Assembly: GCF_009914755.1 (NCBI RefSeq)
Contig: NC_060928.1
From: the human T2T-CHM13v2.0 reference genome, Homo sapiens
Reading direction: 5' to 3' (one strand)
DNA: 64,000 nt
In this document: piece by piece, positions 1 to 14,084 of the stretch
How positions within the stretch are numbered: position 1 is the first letter of the stretch
Layout of the letters: the number at the start of each line of letters is the position of its first letter
The notes under the pieces: model-generated
Told to the model about the DNA's origin: nothing
Seen by the model: the letters and a program-made list of their open reading frames with translations, nothing else
The model's database searches: none
Program-made: the position numbers and the translations under genes

Positions 1-1400
1 CCTTCTCTGGCAAGAAACATGGGATCTACCAGGCGGAGAGGTCGGCCACCTTCCGCGCTGGGAGGTAGTGATGGAGCAGTCTGCACTCACAGCCTACTGT
101 GTGCCGGGAGTTCCCGCTCACGCTGACTCCCAACACACCTAGGAGATTTTTATAGCGCAAAGGACTGCAGCTCAGAGAGGTGACATGGTTTTCCCAAGGT
201 TACACAGTTAATGAAGGACATAGCAGGAATTCCAACACGGATTCCACTCGAGGATCCGGTTTTTCCCGCATTGCCCATCTCCATCTGGTTGAGGGTCACC
301 TGGTGCCTGAGCAGCTCTCCTGCGAAGTGCGCGTCGCGCTGGAAAACGGAGCGCAGAATCCGGGAACTAGTTCTGAATTTAACTCCTTGCGCTCTAACCA
401 CGAACAGGCACTGTCCCTTGAGGAATGATAGGGGCGTCTCACCGGCCCTGCACGCTGTGAAAGCGTTTTCGTTTTGTTGGGGAGGAGACGGAAGCCTCAT
501 TTTGCAAATTCAGCTTCTGACCACGCAGTCAAGACCAAAGCAGTCCGTGGCGTGGAAGCGGGGCAGAAATGAGGTTACCTGGCGGCAAGGGACCTGGGGC
601 GCCTCGAGCTTTGAGCATAGGTCCGCAGGGCCGGGGCGGTTGGGGACCGGGAGGCTGGGGTGGGGCTGAAGACCTCGCGCTAAGAGCGCCTTACTTTAAG
701 GTTAGTTTCTCGGATCGCTGAACCCGGGGCTGAAGGACCAGATTGAGCAGGAGGCCCAGTGAGGACAGTTACTGGTGAGGCAGGGGCCCCGAGTGCGAAT
801 CCTACCGCTGCGCCCTCCTTAGTGACCCAAGGCCGGGAGGTGAGCCCAGCCGGGTCCAGGCCTGCGCCCCGCCTAGAGCCCTCGGGGGCGCAATAGGAAG
901 CGGCGAGGAGAGGCCGCGGCCGCCTTTCAACTCTGCGGCTGGCGCCGGCCTGGCCGGGCCCCCGAGGCCGCGCGGCCTCCAAGGTTCCGTCCCGCCCTCC
1001 CAGACGCTCAGCTCGCATCGCCCCACAGTGGAACAGTCCCCCGGCCCCGACGCCGGACTCCCTGGGAAGCCCCCGACCCCCAAGTGCCACCACCAAGTGC
1101 CCACTCTCCAGAGCACTCCCAGGCCCCCACTCCAGACTTGCGGAATTTGTTCCGCTCCACTCAACAGCTCCCACGCCTGCCGCGCACTCCGCCCCCTTCC
1201 CAGGCCCAGGGGGACCCTGCCTCCACCCCGCCTGCCTCCCCCACAGCGCCCTCCCGCGGCCCTCAGCTCACAGCCAGCTCTCCCAGCGCCTGCTCACTGT
1301 AGTTCCGGTGCTGGACGCTGGCCTTGGCTCCCTGCGTTACAAGTAGATCCTCAAGTGCGCACACGCACACGACCAACACACGTCATCCACACGACATAGC
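1..1400. promoter_or_regulatory. CpG island (densest ~590-1260)
   Basis: Very high GC and CpG density; NotI site GCGGCCGC at 916-923; many CGCG/GCGC words. No coding signature recognised. Confidence 0.85.
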
Positions 1401-1680
1401 AACACACACCGAAACAGACACACATGACACTCACATGCAACACACATGTATAACCCATATGCAGACACCAACACACGCGGTACACACAAACGAATCAACA
1501 CACATCACCCACCACACATACCCAGCACATACACACAAGGCTGACAAACACAAACACAACGCATAAATCAACACGTATCACCAACACACCCAGCCACGCA
1601 CAACTAATACATGCTAGACACAAAACCAACACACACCCAACACCCACAATCAACTCTCACATCCCACACCCACAAGCCCT
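1356..1680 (+). repeat. Degenerate (CA)n / AC-rich low-complexity tract
   Basis: ~320 bp of imperfect ACAC repeats; this explains the His/Thr-rich ORF 1324..1566. Confidence 0.85.
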
Positions 1681-2414
1681 AGTTATAGAGGCAACCATAC
1701 ACACTCAAGGCCACTCTCTAACATCTTCCACAGGGGTTCTGGTGACACAGACACATATAATATTGGGAGAAAGGGGGAGGGAGACCCCAGAGATAGACAT
1801 AGATGGGAGAGAGAAACCAAGGAGGTGCTGTATTGAGAGGCGTTCAGACTCAGGGACTCCAGGGAGGAGGAGCAAAGCCACGCGAGACCTGAGCGGCAGA
1901 AGCTCAATACAGCAAGCCAGAAGCTCAGCTCAGAGCACAAGGCGTGAGAGCGCTGGGTGCTCTGCTGTGCTGACACCAGAGGGTAAGCGCGGATTCTGGC
2001 TCCACGCACGTGGGGTCAATCCCCGGACACAGACCTTTTACTGGAAGGCCTGGAGAATCGCCTGAGGGAACGCTGGGAGTTCCCCCCCCCACCCGCCCCC
2101 GCGCAAGAACAGCCAGTGACTTCAGCTCTCCTTTCTCCCCCTGGGTCCCCTCCTCTGGGACCCCCTTCGGCCCCACCTCGTCCTGTACACCCACCTTCTC
2201 CCATCTAGGCAGAGGGTTTCAGAATGCCTTGATCAGACCCAACACCCTACTCATTCTCCACGGACCAAAGCCAGAGATCAGGAATGCCCATCCCACCTCC
2301 CCTGGACAGAGAAGGCGGTACTTCAAGAAGCAGTCGCAGACCCTGGTTAGGGCGGGTGTCGAGTCGCCGACCTGGAGTCAGATCATCTACTTATAAATTT
2401 TGGTTTTGGTACTT

Positions 2415-2540
2415 ACTGTGTGACTTCGGGCAAGTTCCTTAACTTCACTGAGCCTCACTTTTTCCATATAAAGTGTGGAATCGTCACAATTGCTTCTATT
2501 GTTAAGGGAATAAAATGAAACGCTCTGTGAGATGCTTGGC
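2415..2540 (+). mobile_element. MIR SINE fragment
   Basis: MIR core-like: TACTGTGTGACTTCGGGCAAGTTCCTTAACTTCACTGAGCCTCAC...ATAAAGTG. Confidence 0.7.
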
Positions 2541-3009
2541 CCCGACAGCAATTAACATTGATTATGAATTCTGCACTTAGACACTTAGATCAATTTCAAA
2601 GGCGGGAGGGTTATGTCTGTACCTCCCTGGAAACTCCCAAAGAGTAAGGCCGGCCATTGACTCAGACATGGGGCTCGAATCTAGGTTTCCCCCTCAGGAT
2701 GAATCTCTGCCCCTAATGCCAGGCTCGCAGGGGCTAGCGCACCAGCGGGGTGCAATAAAGATCGGCCTTTGTGTGTGTGTGGTGGGGGGGAGGAGTGGGG
2801 GGTAGGTAGTTAAAAGCGAATTCAAAAGCCCGCCCTCAATTTGGGGCCTGATTAGGGGCAGATGGAAGGAAGGGTCCCCGACCCTACGTGGCAGCCTTTG
2901 TTGCACATTTTACAGGCGAGGAGACAGTGGTGGGATCCAAGCCCGCTGCTGTGGGACCTCAGGAGTTGCTTTCTCCTTCACCAGCTGGGTGCAGATTTTG
3001 ATGATGCAC

Positions 3010-6000
3010 AGGGCGCGGCCTGACAGTGCGTGTGTGCGCCCACCGGGCGCTGCTGCCAGAGTTTGCGGGGTTCAGGGAGCGGGAGGAGGGTCTGAGAGAC
3101 CCCAAAGCCTCCCCTTTGCGAGACCACTCCTTGCTTCCCCCGCCTGGCGCTTTCCATAACCCTCTGCGGCGCCCTGCCTCTTTGTTGCCCCTTAGATGAG
3201 CTGCCCCAAGGGCGGGCTGGACTCTAGTGCTTTGAGTCGCTGTTTCTCTGACGATGCTGCTTTTAAAAAGAAAACCCCGTTCCCTCTCTGATGACTCTCG
3301 TGGCACCCGGGTGGCAGCAGGGGCTTCTCCACCGGAGAAACAGCCACATCGACTAAAAGGGAATGTGTGAGGCAGGCTGAGACCTTGGGTGGGGCCCCCC
3401 ACCTCTCGAGTTTTCCAAGACTCAGGTTCCATCTCTGTTAAATGGACACAATCCTGACCCCTGGCAGGTCCTGAAAGAGTAGAAGGGAAGGGGTTCTCCA
3501 CGGGCTGTACCATCACTTGCGTCCCCAGTTCGGTGATGGTGGTGAGGTCATCACAGTTGTTCCGCCTGCGGTGACTGCAGCTGACATGTATGCGCGCTTG
3601 CCTATGGATCACAACCCTTAGAATCTAAGTTTTCCACGTGGGTTATCCCAACGAATCCTCACTACCAGGTGGGCACGTGCCATTGTGACCCGTGTCATAG
3701 ACTGAAGCATAGAGAGTTGAATGACTCAGACAAGATCACACAGCTAGTGAGAGTGAAACAGAGCTTCCAACTCAGACAGCCGGTGCCACCATCTGGCGCC
3801 CCTAAATCTCAGTTCCCTGGTCCGCGGAATGGGAACACTTTCGGGCTGGTGCAGAGGAAACTATGGGTGACTCCAAAGGCAGCGCGCGGTAAGAACTCCG
3901 GGTGAGAAGGGGAGCGCGCGAGGAGAGCGCCAAGCGTAGCGCGGAGCATAGAGGCAGGATGGTGACCTGAGCGCTCTTTGCTGGCCGGCTCTGCTCTCCG
4001 CAGCGCCATTGGAATTCCTTACTCTCCAGTCCCCCGAGGGTGTGTGTGGGTGAGGGGAGGTCCCTGAGGCGGAAGGGATGAGCGGAGTGGAAGCGGAGGA
4101 GAGTGTTCTTGCTCTTGGAAAGTGTCAGAAAGTGCCTGTGCGCCACTCTGGACCCGGAATTAAGACACCTTCACCTCTTTTAATCTTCTCCCTATGACGC
4201 AGGCACTCTTATTAATCTGTTTCAAGTGAGAAAACCGAGGCACAGAGAGCGTATGTGACTTGCCAAATGTCACATAGGTGTCTAAGACCCGGCCTGTATT
4301 TCCCACCAACCTCTGCCGCTGCTTCTGGCATGAATGCAGAAAGCAGCCAACAGCCGACCGGCAACTGGGAAGCAAGCGCCCAGGCCAGAGCCGGTTCCTA
4401 TACTTGGCAGAATTCCCCTTTGGCCATGGTCAAAGTTGACCAAGTTTGCCTCACTCTAGATGCTGGCTGAATCCCTAAACCCACACTGGACTGGGAGAAA
4501 CTGCTCTGAGCGTTACCTGAGTGATGCTCCATTGTCACCAATGGGCCAACATCTTTCTTTACGGATGACATACTGAGGCTCAAAGGGGGTTCGTGATTTG
4601 GCCGAGATCCGGCAGAAAGGCTGGACAGAACCAGCATCCCCAATTTTAGTCCAGCTTCCTTAAATTAATTCATTCGGCGGGGTTGAACAAGACCAGCACA
4701 CTAAGAAATAACGAATTCGGGTAGAGCTGAATGCTTCTAAGGGGAAAAGTAACAAGACGGGGGCAGGAAGCACAGTCGGAGCCTATTTTTGGCGGAGCGG
4801 TCAAGGCAGGCCTCTCGGCGGAGGCGACTTAAGGGTTGAGACTTGAAGGGTGAGGTGGAGCCGTAGTTTGAAGAAGGAATCTCCCATTGAGAGGGGTCGG
4901 CAAATGCAAAAGCCCCAAGGAGAGCTGAGGCCGGCGCGGCTGGAACCGGCCTTAGGCGAGTTTGGAGTAGGCTTAGCGTTTTGTGATGCTCTGGCGGCCA
5001 CTTGGAGGAGAAAGATGGGGGCGAGGTAGAAGGGGCCGCGTGCCCTTGTAGGAGAGGGAAGTGTCAATGGCCGGGACCAGGGGTGGCTGCCTGAGACGTG
5101 CCTCGTCTTTGGTGATTCCCCTACCCCCAAATCAGAGAGGGTTCCGGAAGAAACTTCGCAGCCTTGCAGAGTGAAGCATCGCCGGGACCCAAGGATGTTT
5201 CTCTTCCCTACGGAGCTCACCCGGATTCCTTGGCGCCCAGCTGCGGCCCCGGAGTCCCCGAACTCGGCTGTGCCAGCCCGGGGCGGGGCCAGCTGAACCT
5301 CAGTTGTGGGGCGGAGTCCGTTGCGGACACCCTCACCCCCCGGGCAACCGCAGCTCCCAACTCCGCTGGCTTTCCCCTCCCTCTGACACCCTGCGCGGCT
5401 CCTGCGACCCAGGTGCGTGCCAGCTGTAGGAGCCTGCTCCGCCTGCCCTCCTGGAACGCAGTCATCCTCCAGGCCCTGCCCGCGCCCATTTCGCGGCCCA
5501 GGAAACTGAGGTGTGGAAGCCTGTGAAGGGAGGGACTGCTACCTATCGATTCGTACCGGATCCAGACCCTGTGCTAAACGCTCGGCGTGCATGGTGCCCC
5601 TTAATCCTCACAAAAGTCGAGCGACTTAGGGAGGAATGTTATCCCATTGCACACACGAGCACACTGCTGCGCAGAGGCACGAAGGTACCTGCCCAGGGTC
5701 TCAGCTAGTCCCATTTCCAACCCAGGAAGGCAAGGGAGCAACCCGGGAAGCAAAATGTAAGGAGATACTTTCAGGGTTGTGCAAGTGTGGGGTGGGCACC
5801 CGGGGAGAAGGGAGGAGGGATGAACTATCCAGAGAGGAAGGCACGCCCGGCCCCGACTTATCGGAATAATTGTCTCCATTCCGCTTCGGCGGTGTCTGTT
5901 GTGTCCATTGAACAGAAGCAGAACGTGAGTCCGTATCTGCCCCTCGCCACCGCCACCAGCACCTGGGATTTGACTCACACTTCAATTCCTGCCCTAGGAA

Positions 6001-6550
6001 TTGATGCCAGCGCCCAGTATGGCCCCGCGTGGGGAATCGAGCGCCCCATCCCTCGGTGAGGGCTTACTCTGAGCCTGAGTCTGTGGCAGGCCCCCCCATA
6101 GCTACTGTCTGCCTTAATCCACGCCAAGGCCTCTAAAGGAAAACATTGCCTTGGTTCTTTTTCACAGACGTGTCAACTGTGGACCAGAGATGTCAAGCCA
6201 CGTGCCCAAGGTCACCAAGCAGTTTCTGGGTGAGCCCTCAGGGAATCCTAAATCCCGACCCAAACCCGGGATTTCCCCTCGCCCTCGGGGCCTCCAGGGG
6301 GAGCTGCGAGAGGCGGGGACGCAAGGAGGCGCTGGGACCAGTTTGCTCTGAGTGCTCCTGCTCCGGACTGCTCCTTGGAGAGGCGGGGCCTTGGGCAGCA
6401 GAATCCCAAGCTCCTCCCGGTGGGAAATCCGGCAGCTCCCGTCTGAGGGTAGGGCCAGCAGACCACCTGGCCCAGTAAACTCCACCGGCTTCGGGGGTGG
6501 GGAGTTGGGGCAGGTGCGCCCCAGGGGCTCGGTATACGAAGCCATGCCTG
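3010..6550. promoter_or_regulatory. Cluster of CpG islands/shores (approx. 3010-3330, 3780-4010, 4780-6060, 6240-6550)
   Basis: Repeated CpG-dense patches; CpG frequency falls sharply beyond ~7 kb. Confidence 0.75.
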
Positions 6551-7808
6551 AGCCACGTCCTTAATTTCCAGGAGGAGAGCCCTGGATTTCCTGACAGCCG
6601 GGCTGGGGGAGGCAGGGGAAGCAGGCGGAGACCCCTAAGAGTACTTCTTCCTGCCCCTCCATTTCTTCCCTAAGTTTATTCTTCCTTTATTGTCTGTCTT
6701 TTCCCTCATTTTATTTTAATACAATGACTATAATTTCTTATATTAAAAGGTGTGGCGTGGGCAGTGGTTCCCGGGACTCTGGCTCATTCAGCCACTCCTC
6801 CACATGCAGGGTCAGGGTGAGGTGCTGAGGCCCCTGCTGTGCTGGGAAAGGGTCCCTGCCCCGCAGCAGCGCAGGATCTGAGTGGAAACTGGTGGCACTA
6901 AGAAGGAACGGAAAAATAACACTACCAAGCCAGGCAGTACATAAAACAGAGCGGCGAGATAGCGATCGGGGTGGGGGTTTTCCCGAAGAGGGAACATGGG
7001 GGACATTTGAATGGAATAAAGGAAGTCCAGGCCACGGGACCAGCAAATGCAAGGTTCCCCAAGTCAACGAGTGGGCAACATTGTGAGGCTGTGACCAGTC
7101 TTCAACCTTCAGATGACCCTGGCATGATTTGCCTCGCTGAAGGGACTCTGTGCTGTTCATGTGAATTCACAGACCTTGTCTCCTCTGGCCTTCATCATCT
7201 AGCAGGCAGCAGGGACGGGTTCTCACTGTGCCCATTTTCTAGATAAGTGAAGTGAGGCTCTGTGACCTGTCCGTGAGTGAGGAGGTCAATCTGGGATGAG
7301 AAAGCAGGCCTTGGTCATTCCAGGACACCCAGCTGACTCCAGGCAAACAGGTTTAGGAGAGCGCTGAGGTCTATGGCTGCATCTCACCAGCACCTTCATT
7401 CCAGGAGGAACAGGGCGGTGGTTTGGATGAGCCGCAAGAAATGTTCCAGAGCATGGCGCACACAGAACACATCACCCTCTTGCTGAGAGAGAGGCCCCTG
7501 GAGGAGATCAGGAACTGTTGGTTTCTGCGGGATCATGAGCTGTTGGTTTCGGAAGGGCGTTGATCTCAGGGGGTCTTTCTTTTTCCTGTATATGGTCTGC
7601 CCTACCTGGGTGGGGTTCCAAAGATGTTTGGGTCCTCGTTCCTTCTGGGAGAAAGCACCTGCCTCTGGGGTCCATTCACAGTCAGGTGGGACCAGCGTGC
7701 ACCTGGCCAGGCTCACCGGGATTGTGTGGGGTCTCTGAAGTCATTCACCTGAATGAACCCCTGACCACTGCTTGGGGAGTGGAAGGGCCCAGTCTGATTT
7801 CATTCCCC

Positions 7809-8686
7809 CATGCTGGCTTCATGGGCGTGGGGCCTGCACTCAGAAGGGTGCCACGCTTGGGGTGTAGTGCTGCAGTCACTATCTTGGAGTTCTTAGTGAT
7901 TTTTATCTTTGAATTTATGCATTATAAGTGATGTTTGATGGGACAATGGAGTGTGTTCTGGGCACTTAGACCTGCCTCAAATGCCTCCCTGGGACAATTC
8001 TTGGCTGCTTGCTTTCCACTCCCTGGGAAGCCACCCCCTGCCCAGCCTCCAGCTCCCTGTCCCCAGTGTGACTGCTGCTGCCTTCCACCTGGCAGGGGCC
8101 TGGGTGCCAGTGTGAGGAGAGTCAGGGCTCAATGTTCATACCCCTGGCATCACCAGGTGAGGCATGGTGGGCACTGACCGTTCTTGCCCTGGGCTGGCAG
8201 TGACATATGTTTCATTGGCAACGTGGGTAAGGGTGAACCTTTCACCCAGCCCTGATCCAGGTACCGAGCATATCCTAGCACTGAAATTGCAATGCCTTTG
8301 GAGGTTACCCATCTGCCATGGTTTGGGGCAGTGGCCTGAGGGAAGAGGAGGTAGATGCTTGACTTGACTTCTTCACCCTGGGTCAAATTTGTCAGCTGGT
8401 GGAGAGCCCTGTGCTCCCATGCCAAGTCACTGTTTGGGGCCCCTAGGTGCCTGCAACAGTCTGCACTCCCTTGCGAATATCCCTGAGAATGCATGAGTGA
8501 GTGTGGCGTTAAATAGGAAATTTAAAAACAACAACAAAAATCATGACAGGTCAAGAGCAAGACCACAAAGAAAGGAAAAAGCTTTACATGAGAATACTTT
8601 TAGCAATGCTTCCCCCCACTACTTTAAAACAGAAGACCTGCATTTTCCTATTGTAGTGGACCCTACTGATTATGTAGCTGAATCCT
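7809..8686 (+). mobile_element. MER45-family (hAT-Tip100) DNA transposon
   Basis: 5' end GCTGGCTTCATGGGCGTG...CTCAGAAGGGTGCCACGCTTGG and 3' end GGACCCTACTGATTATGTAGCTGAATCCTG resemble recalled MER45 termini. Confidence 0.65.
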
Positions 8687-9928
8687 GCCCCCACGTACTG
8701 GGTGTCTTGAACTGGTCAGCAGGGCTGAGCCACGAGAGGTCTGGGTACAGGCAAGAGCAACCTCTCAGCCAATAAACATGTCTTCATAAAATAGGATGCC
8801 TCCCTTCCTCTGGGACCCTAGCTTTACAAGGAGACACACTTGGCAGCATGCCAGCAGGAAATGCTGCCTGGTCAGGGCTGACATACCTGCAGCAGGGACT
8901 CTGGAAGTCCCAGGCTCGGAATCAGAGAGCTGGCAGGGCATGAAAACAGCCATGGGTACATGTCTTGAGGGGCCACCGGAGGACTCTGAGGTTAAGAGGA
9001 GTTGGTGACAGCATTACACAAGGAGGTGGAGCTGAGTGGGATAGGGCACTCACGTGGTCTGGTCCAATTTCAGCCTCTTGCTTCACAAATCTACCCAGAG
9101 AAGGGACGGCACCCCAACCCCAGTTCCTTCTGAAGTCATCGAGGGAGGAAAGCATCTTCTAGCTGGAAGCGATTCTCAAATCCCCCAACTTGAAGAATCC
9201 AAGCGCCTCTTTATTTGCACCTTTTCCAAGATCACATGGGGTCCTCTGTAGCTCCCGGCGTTACTTCTCTTACTCCTAGCACTCATCATCCCTAGACGTC
9301 ATCTATTGTTTCCTGTCTCTTTTAGCCCCACTGGAATGTGCAGGGGCTTCCCAGTTTCACTCATTGCTGTGACCCTGTGAGTCCTTAGGGCTGGTACATG
9401 GGGCAGCCCAGCAATGTTTGTTGAGTGAATAAGTGAAACCAATCTCTGCTCTGATGCTTTCTTGTACGTTTCCGGGTATGGGGCACTCACCACCTTGGGG
9501 AAACAGTTAATTTTTCTGTCTATCTATCCACCTATTCAGTTAGCATTTATCTTACCCATAATGAGCACCAACCACTTATTGAGCACCGACTATGTACCCA
9601 GGACCTGGGCTAGTGCTGGGGACACACTGGCAAAGAGGGACAAAAGCAAGGTCTCTGCCCTTATGGAGGCTGGAGCTTAGGTGAGACAGATATTAACTAA
9701 AGATTATGAAAATACACTTCAAATGTTCGTCTTCGTAAGTGACACTGTGCTGGGAGAAAACTCAACATATATTATATTATTTAATAATCACCTTGGACAT
9801 GAGGTCACCACAGTACATGAAGACATTCTTACCCCTGTTTTATGAGAAGGAACACCAAAGCCAGAGAGGAGGAAACTGAAGTTCAGAGAAGGCAGGTCAC
9901 ACAGAGGGAGCTGAGCTGCAGAAGCTTC

Positions 9929-10449
<521 letters not shown>

Positions 10450-10739
10450 ATGACTCATTTTGTAGATGGGGAAACAGAGGCTCAGAAAGCTTAGAGAACT
10501 TTTCTGAGGTCACACAGCTATTGAATATAACAGCCATAGTCTGAACCTTGTCTGGTTGACTTTGAGGCCTGGCTCTATACTATCCCTTGTCCTCCTAAGT
10601 CTTTTCTTTTGCTAAATGTTCCCCTTCCTCCAGTGTCCCTTACCCTGGCCTGCAAGTCCCTACAGGATGTAGCTCCCCTGCCTCTTGTGACTTCAATGAC
10701 TGATGCCATTGAGTGATTCTGGCTGTCTCTCCAGCACAG

Positions 10740-11130
10740 TGCACACATCCCTGCCGCAAGGCCTTTGAACTTGCTGTTCCCTCTTCCTGGAACGCTGTGC
10801 CCTGGTTATTTGTGTGATTCTTTCTGTCCCTTTTTTACCTGGCTCAAGTACCTGCTCGGTGGCTCAGAGAAGCCTTTCCTGACCCCTTGCCTAAAATTGT
10901 GCTGTTGTGAGTCTTTACGATCCCTCCTCACCTTGCTTTGTTTTTCTCCATTTAAACCACTCCATGGCAGCAGAGGTCATGCTTACACGTTTGTTTATTC
11001 TTTATCTGTCCCTCACTAGGCTCTGGGCTCCGTGAGGGCAGTGGCTTCATCTGTGTAATTCCCTGATCTTCCCAGCACCAGGAACAGCGCCCAGCACGCA
11101 GTAGGACTTTGATATTTGTTAAGTGAATGA
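10740..11130 (+). mobile_element. L2 3'-end remnant
   Basis: GGCCTTTGAACTTGCTGTTCCCTCTTCCTGGAACGCT ... GATATTTGTTAAGTGAATGA, a typical L2 3' end. Confidence 0.75.
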
Positions 11131-11138
11131 AGGATTTT

Positions 11139-11443
11139 TTTTTTTTTTTTGAGACAGAATCTTGCTCTGTCACCCAAGCTAGAGTGCAGTGGCGTGATCC
11201 CGGCTCACTGCAACCTGTGCCTCCCGGATAGGGTTCAAGCAATTCTCCTGCTTCAGCTTCCCAAGTAGCTGGGATCACAAGCACATGACACCGGGCCCAG
11301 CTAATTTTTTTATTTTTTAGTAGAGACGAGATTTCACCATGTTGTTCAGGCTGGTCTCGAACTCCTGGCCTACGTCAAGTAGGTCTGCCTGCCTCAGCCT
11401 CCCAAAGTGTTGGGATTACAGGTGTGAGCCACTGCTCCTGGCC
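11139..11443 (-). mobile_element. AluS
   Basis: Alu dimer; TSD TGAAGGATTT at 11129-11138 and 11444-11453. Confidence 0.95.
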
Positions 11444-13038
11444 TGAAGGATTTCTGTCCTTGTTCTGCACAATAGGAGCCTGAGGCTTGGAGGAGCCTCA
11501 GGATGGCAAACTGGGCCCTGCTGAGCTCTGAGCCCAGCTCTAGGGCCTGTCCTTCCTGCCATCAATACTCGGAGGAGGCCCCACGGAACCCAGGGAGGCC
11601 CAGGAGGCATGGAGGTGGGTGCCGAGAAGTCAGCAGCCTCACCCTTGACAGCTGGCCATGGCAGTCAAGTCCCTGGAACCTGGATTTGGGGGAAAATGAT
11701 AAAGGTGAAAAAGTTGGCCCTCATTTCCATGTAGGCCTGCCAGCTCCACGAATATCTTGCTACTTACCTGTCCCGACCAGACACAGGACACTTCAAGATT
11801 CCAAGAGATGGACAGGCTCAGGGTGATGGGGCTTCCGGGGCTGGTGCTGAAGGGAAGTGCCAATCTCTGAGGACTTCCATAAGCCAGAATGTTTATTTTC
11901 TAGTTCAATCCCCACAGTGATCCAAGAAGTTGGAATCAATACCACCTCCCCTTGGCTCTGAGATGGTGTGTGAGGACCCACAATTCCCCTTCTTTTCCTT
12001 CCATTTGGGAAACTTCTCTCAATTTTCCTAAAGGTTTACGTTTTATGGTGTGAGAGGAAGTATGAACACAGGAACTGGCTGAGTCTGGGGGCTCAGGAGC
12101 CAGGAAGCTTGAGTTCAAATCCTGGCCCCTCACTCCCTGGCTGTGTGACCTTGGGTGGATTTCTGAACCCCGTTAAGTGATCACGATCAGTTTTTTCATC
12201 TGGATGATGGGCTGTAATAACTCCTGCCTCTTAGGATTGTTCTGAGGATCAAATGAGTTGATGCACGTGATGTGCTTAGAACAGTGCCAGGGACTTAGTG
12301 AGGCTGAGATAAGCTGTCTCTCGTGGGATTCAGAAGCCGGAAGCCCTGAGGGTTCTTTCCTGTCCTCCCACCCTACAGAGCCAGGGTAGGAGCAGAAAAG
12401 AGGAGGCAAGGAAACACTGGAAGAAAAGATATACAGATAGTACCCTCACCTGCTCCCTCACCTTGTAAACCTCGTCACAAACCAGTGAGCTTGACAAGGC
12501 AGGGGTGTGATTCCCTTTAGCCAGATGAGGAAGCCACAGCCCGGAAAGATGGAAGGATTTGTCCAAGATTGCACGTGAGGGATAGGCCAGAATCGGAATC
12601 AGACATTTGGATTCCGGGGCCAGTGCTATATTCTGGTCACATTTGCACATGGCACCGCTTTTCCTTGGATCTGCCTTCTGAATGGCAATGGACTGATCAT
12701 GACTCAGATGAGCTAGAACCTGAAGACACGATAGGGAGTTGGACCCTGTTTTACTGCTAATCCTAGGTCAGAGCACAGCCACTGAACTCCAAGGCTTTTC
12801 TAGAAGCTTTCAGCAGGCACTATCAGTCTGTAATAGCCGTGAGATATGTATGGACAAGGAGTTCCAAGAAATCCTCAAAATGTAGGTGGACGGATGAAAT
12901 TCCACTTGGACACAATTGTGGTAAAAGTCATTTAAGTAATTAGCGTCTGAGTACTTTTCTGTATATGTGGATGGGGGAAAGGAAGAGTAATTTCTGTTTG
13001 CTAAGTAACTAGCAGGTTCTCCAAGTCTGTTCCTTAAT

Positions 13039-13340
<302 letters not shown>

Positions 13341-14084
13341 TTGTTCCTTAATTTACTACTCACATCAATAGCTAGGGAAATGAATGTCTGGTTCCAGTTT
13401 TTCAGGGAATCCTGCAGCCCAGTGAGAATGAGTCAGTTGCTCAGGATCACACAGTTAATAAACCAGTATCTGGAATTCAAATTAAGTTCTGTGTGTCTCT
13501 AAAGCACATGCCGTTTCAATCCACTCACGCTGAGGGACCTACGCTTGCATAAGTGCCTTTTTAACACATAAATAAGCTCTAAAGGCAGTGTGGAAAGTGG
13601 TTGCAAAAATATAAATCAAATAATATGCTTAGAGGAAGAACAAAGAATGTTAACTGAAAAAAATAGCAAACAATGAACAAACTCTGAACCCTCTCTTGGT
13701 GTTGATGACTTTCACTGGAGATCATAAGGAAATAGAAACTCTTAAAACCAGTCATCGGACTTGTTAATAATGGGCTCGTAGGAGAATGCTAATGAAATGT
13801 GATGAGTTTTTTTCTTGTTAAAATCTCATTTCAAATAACTCCGTTCGTCATCCATTTTTTACAAGGAACGAAAACAAATGTTTTCCAAAGCTTCAAACCA
13901 AAATCTCTGTGTGGGTTTCTTGTTTTGAGCCAAATATTCTGTGTCTTTTCCCAGCTGGGAATTCCCTCCCCATCTTTGTTGGTCCAAGTCCTATGTGTCC
14001 TGTGGGTCCAACTCCTCCCTCCACCATCCTCTGACAGAGAGTCAAAGTCCTGGGTTCAAATCCAGTATCCACCCCCCCTTTTTT

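Noticed and set aside
4781-4792. CArG-like CCTATTTTTGG
   Set aside because: It has seven A/T bases rather than six, so it does not fit CC(A/T)6GG.
150-6560. Many 100-217-aa ORFs in the CpG domain
   Set aside because: They are Pro/Arg/Gly/Ala-rich and overlap in all frames with no recognisable domain, as expected from stop-codon scarcity in GC-rich DNA.
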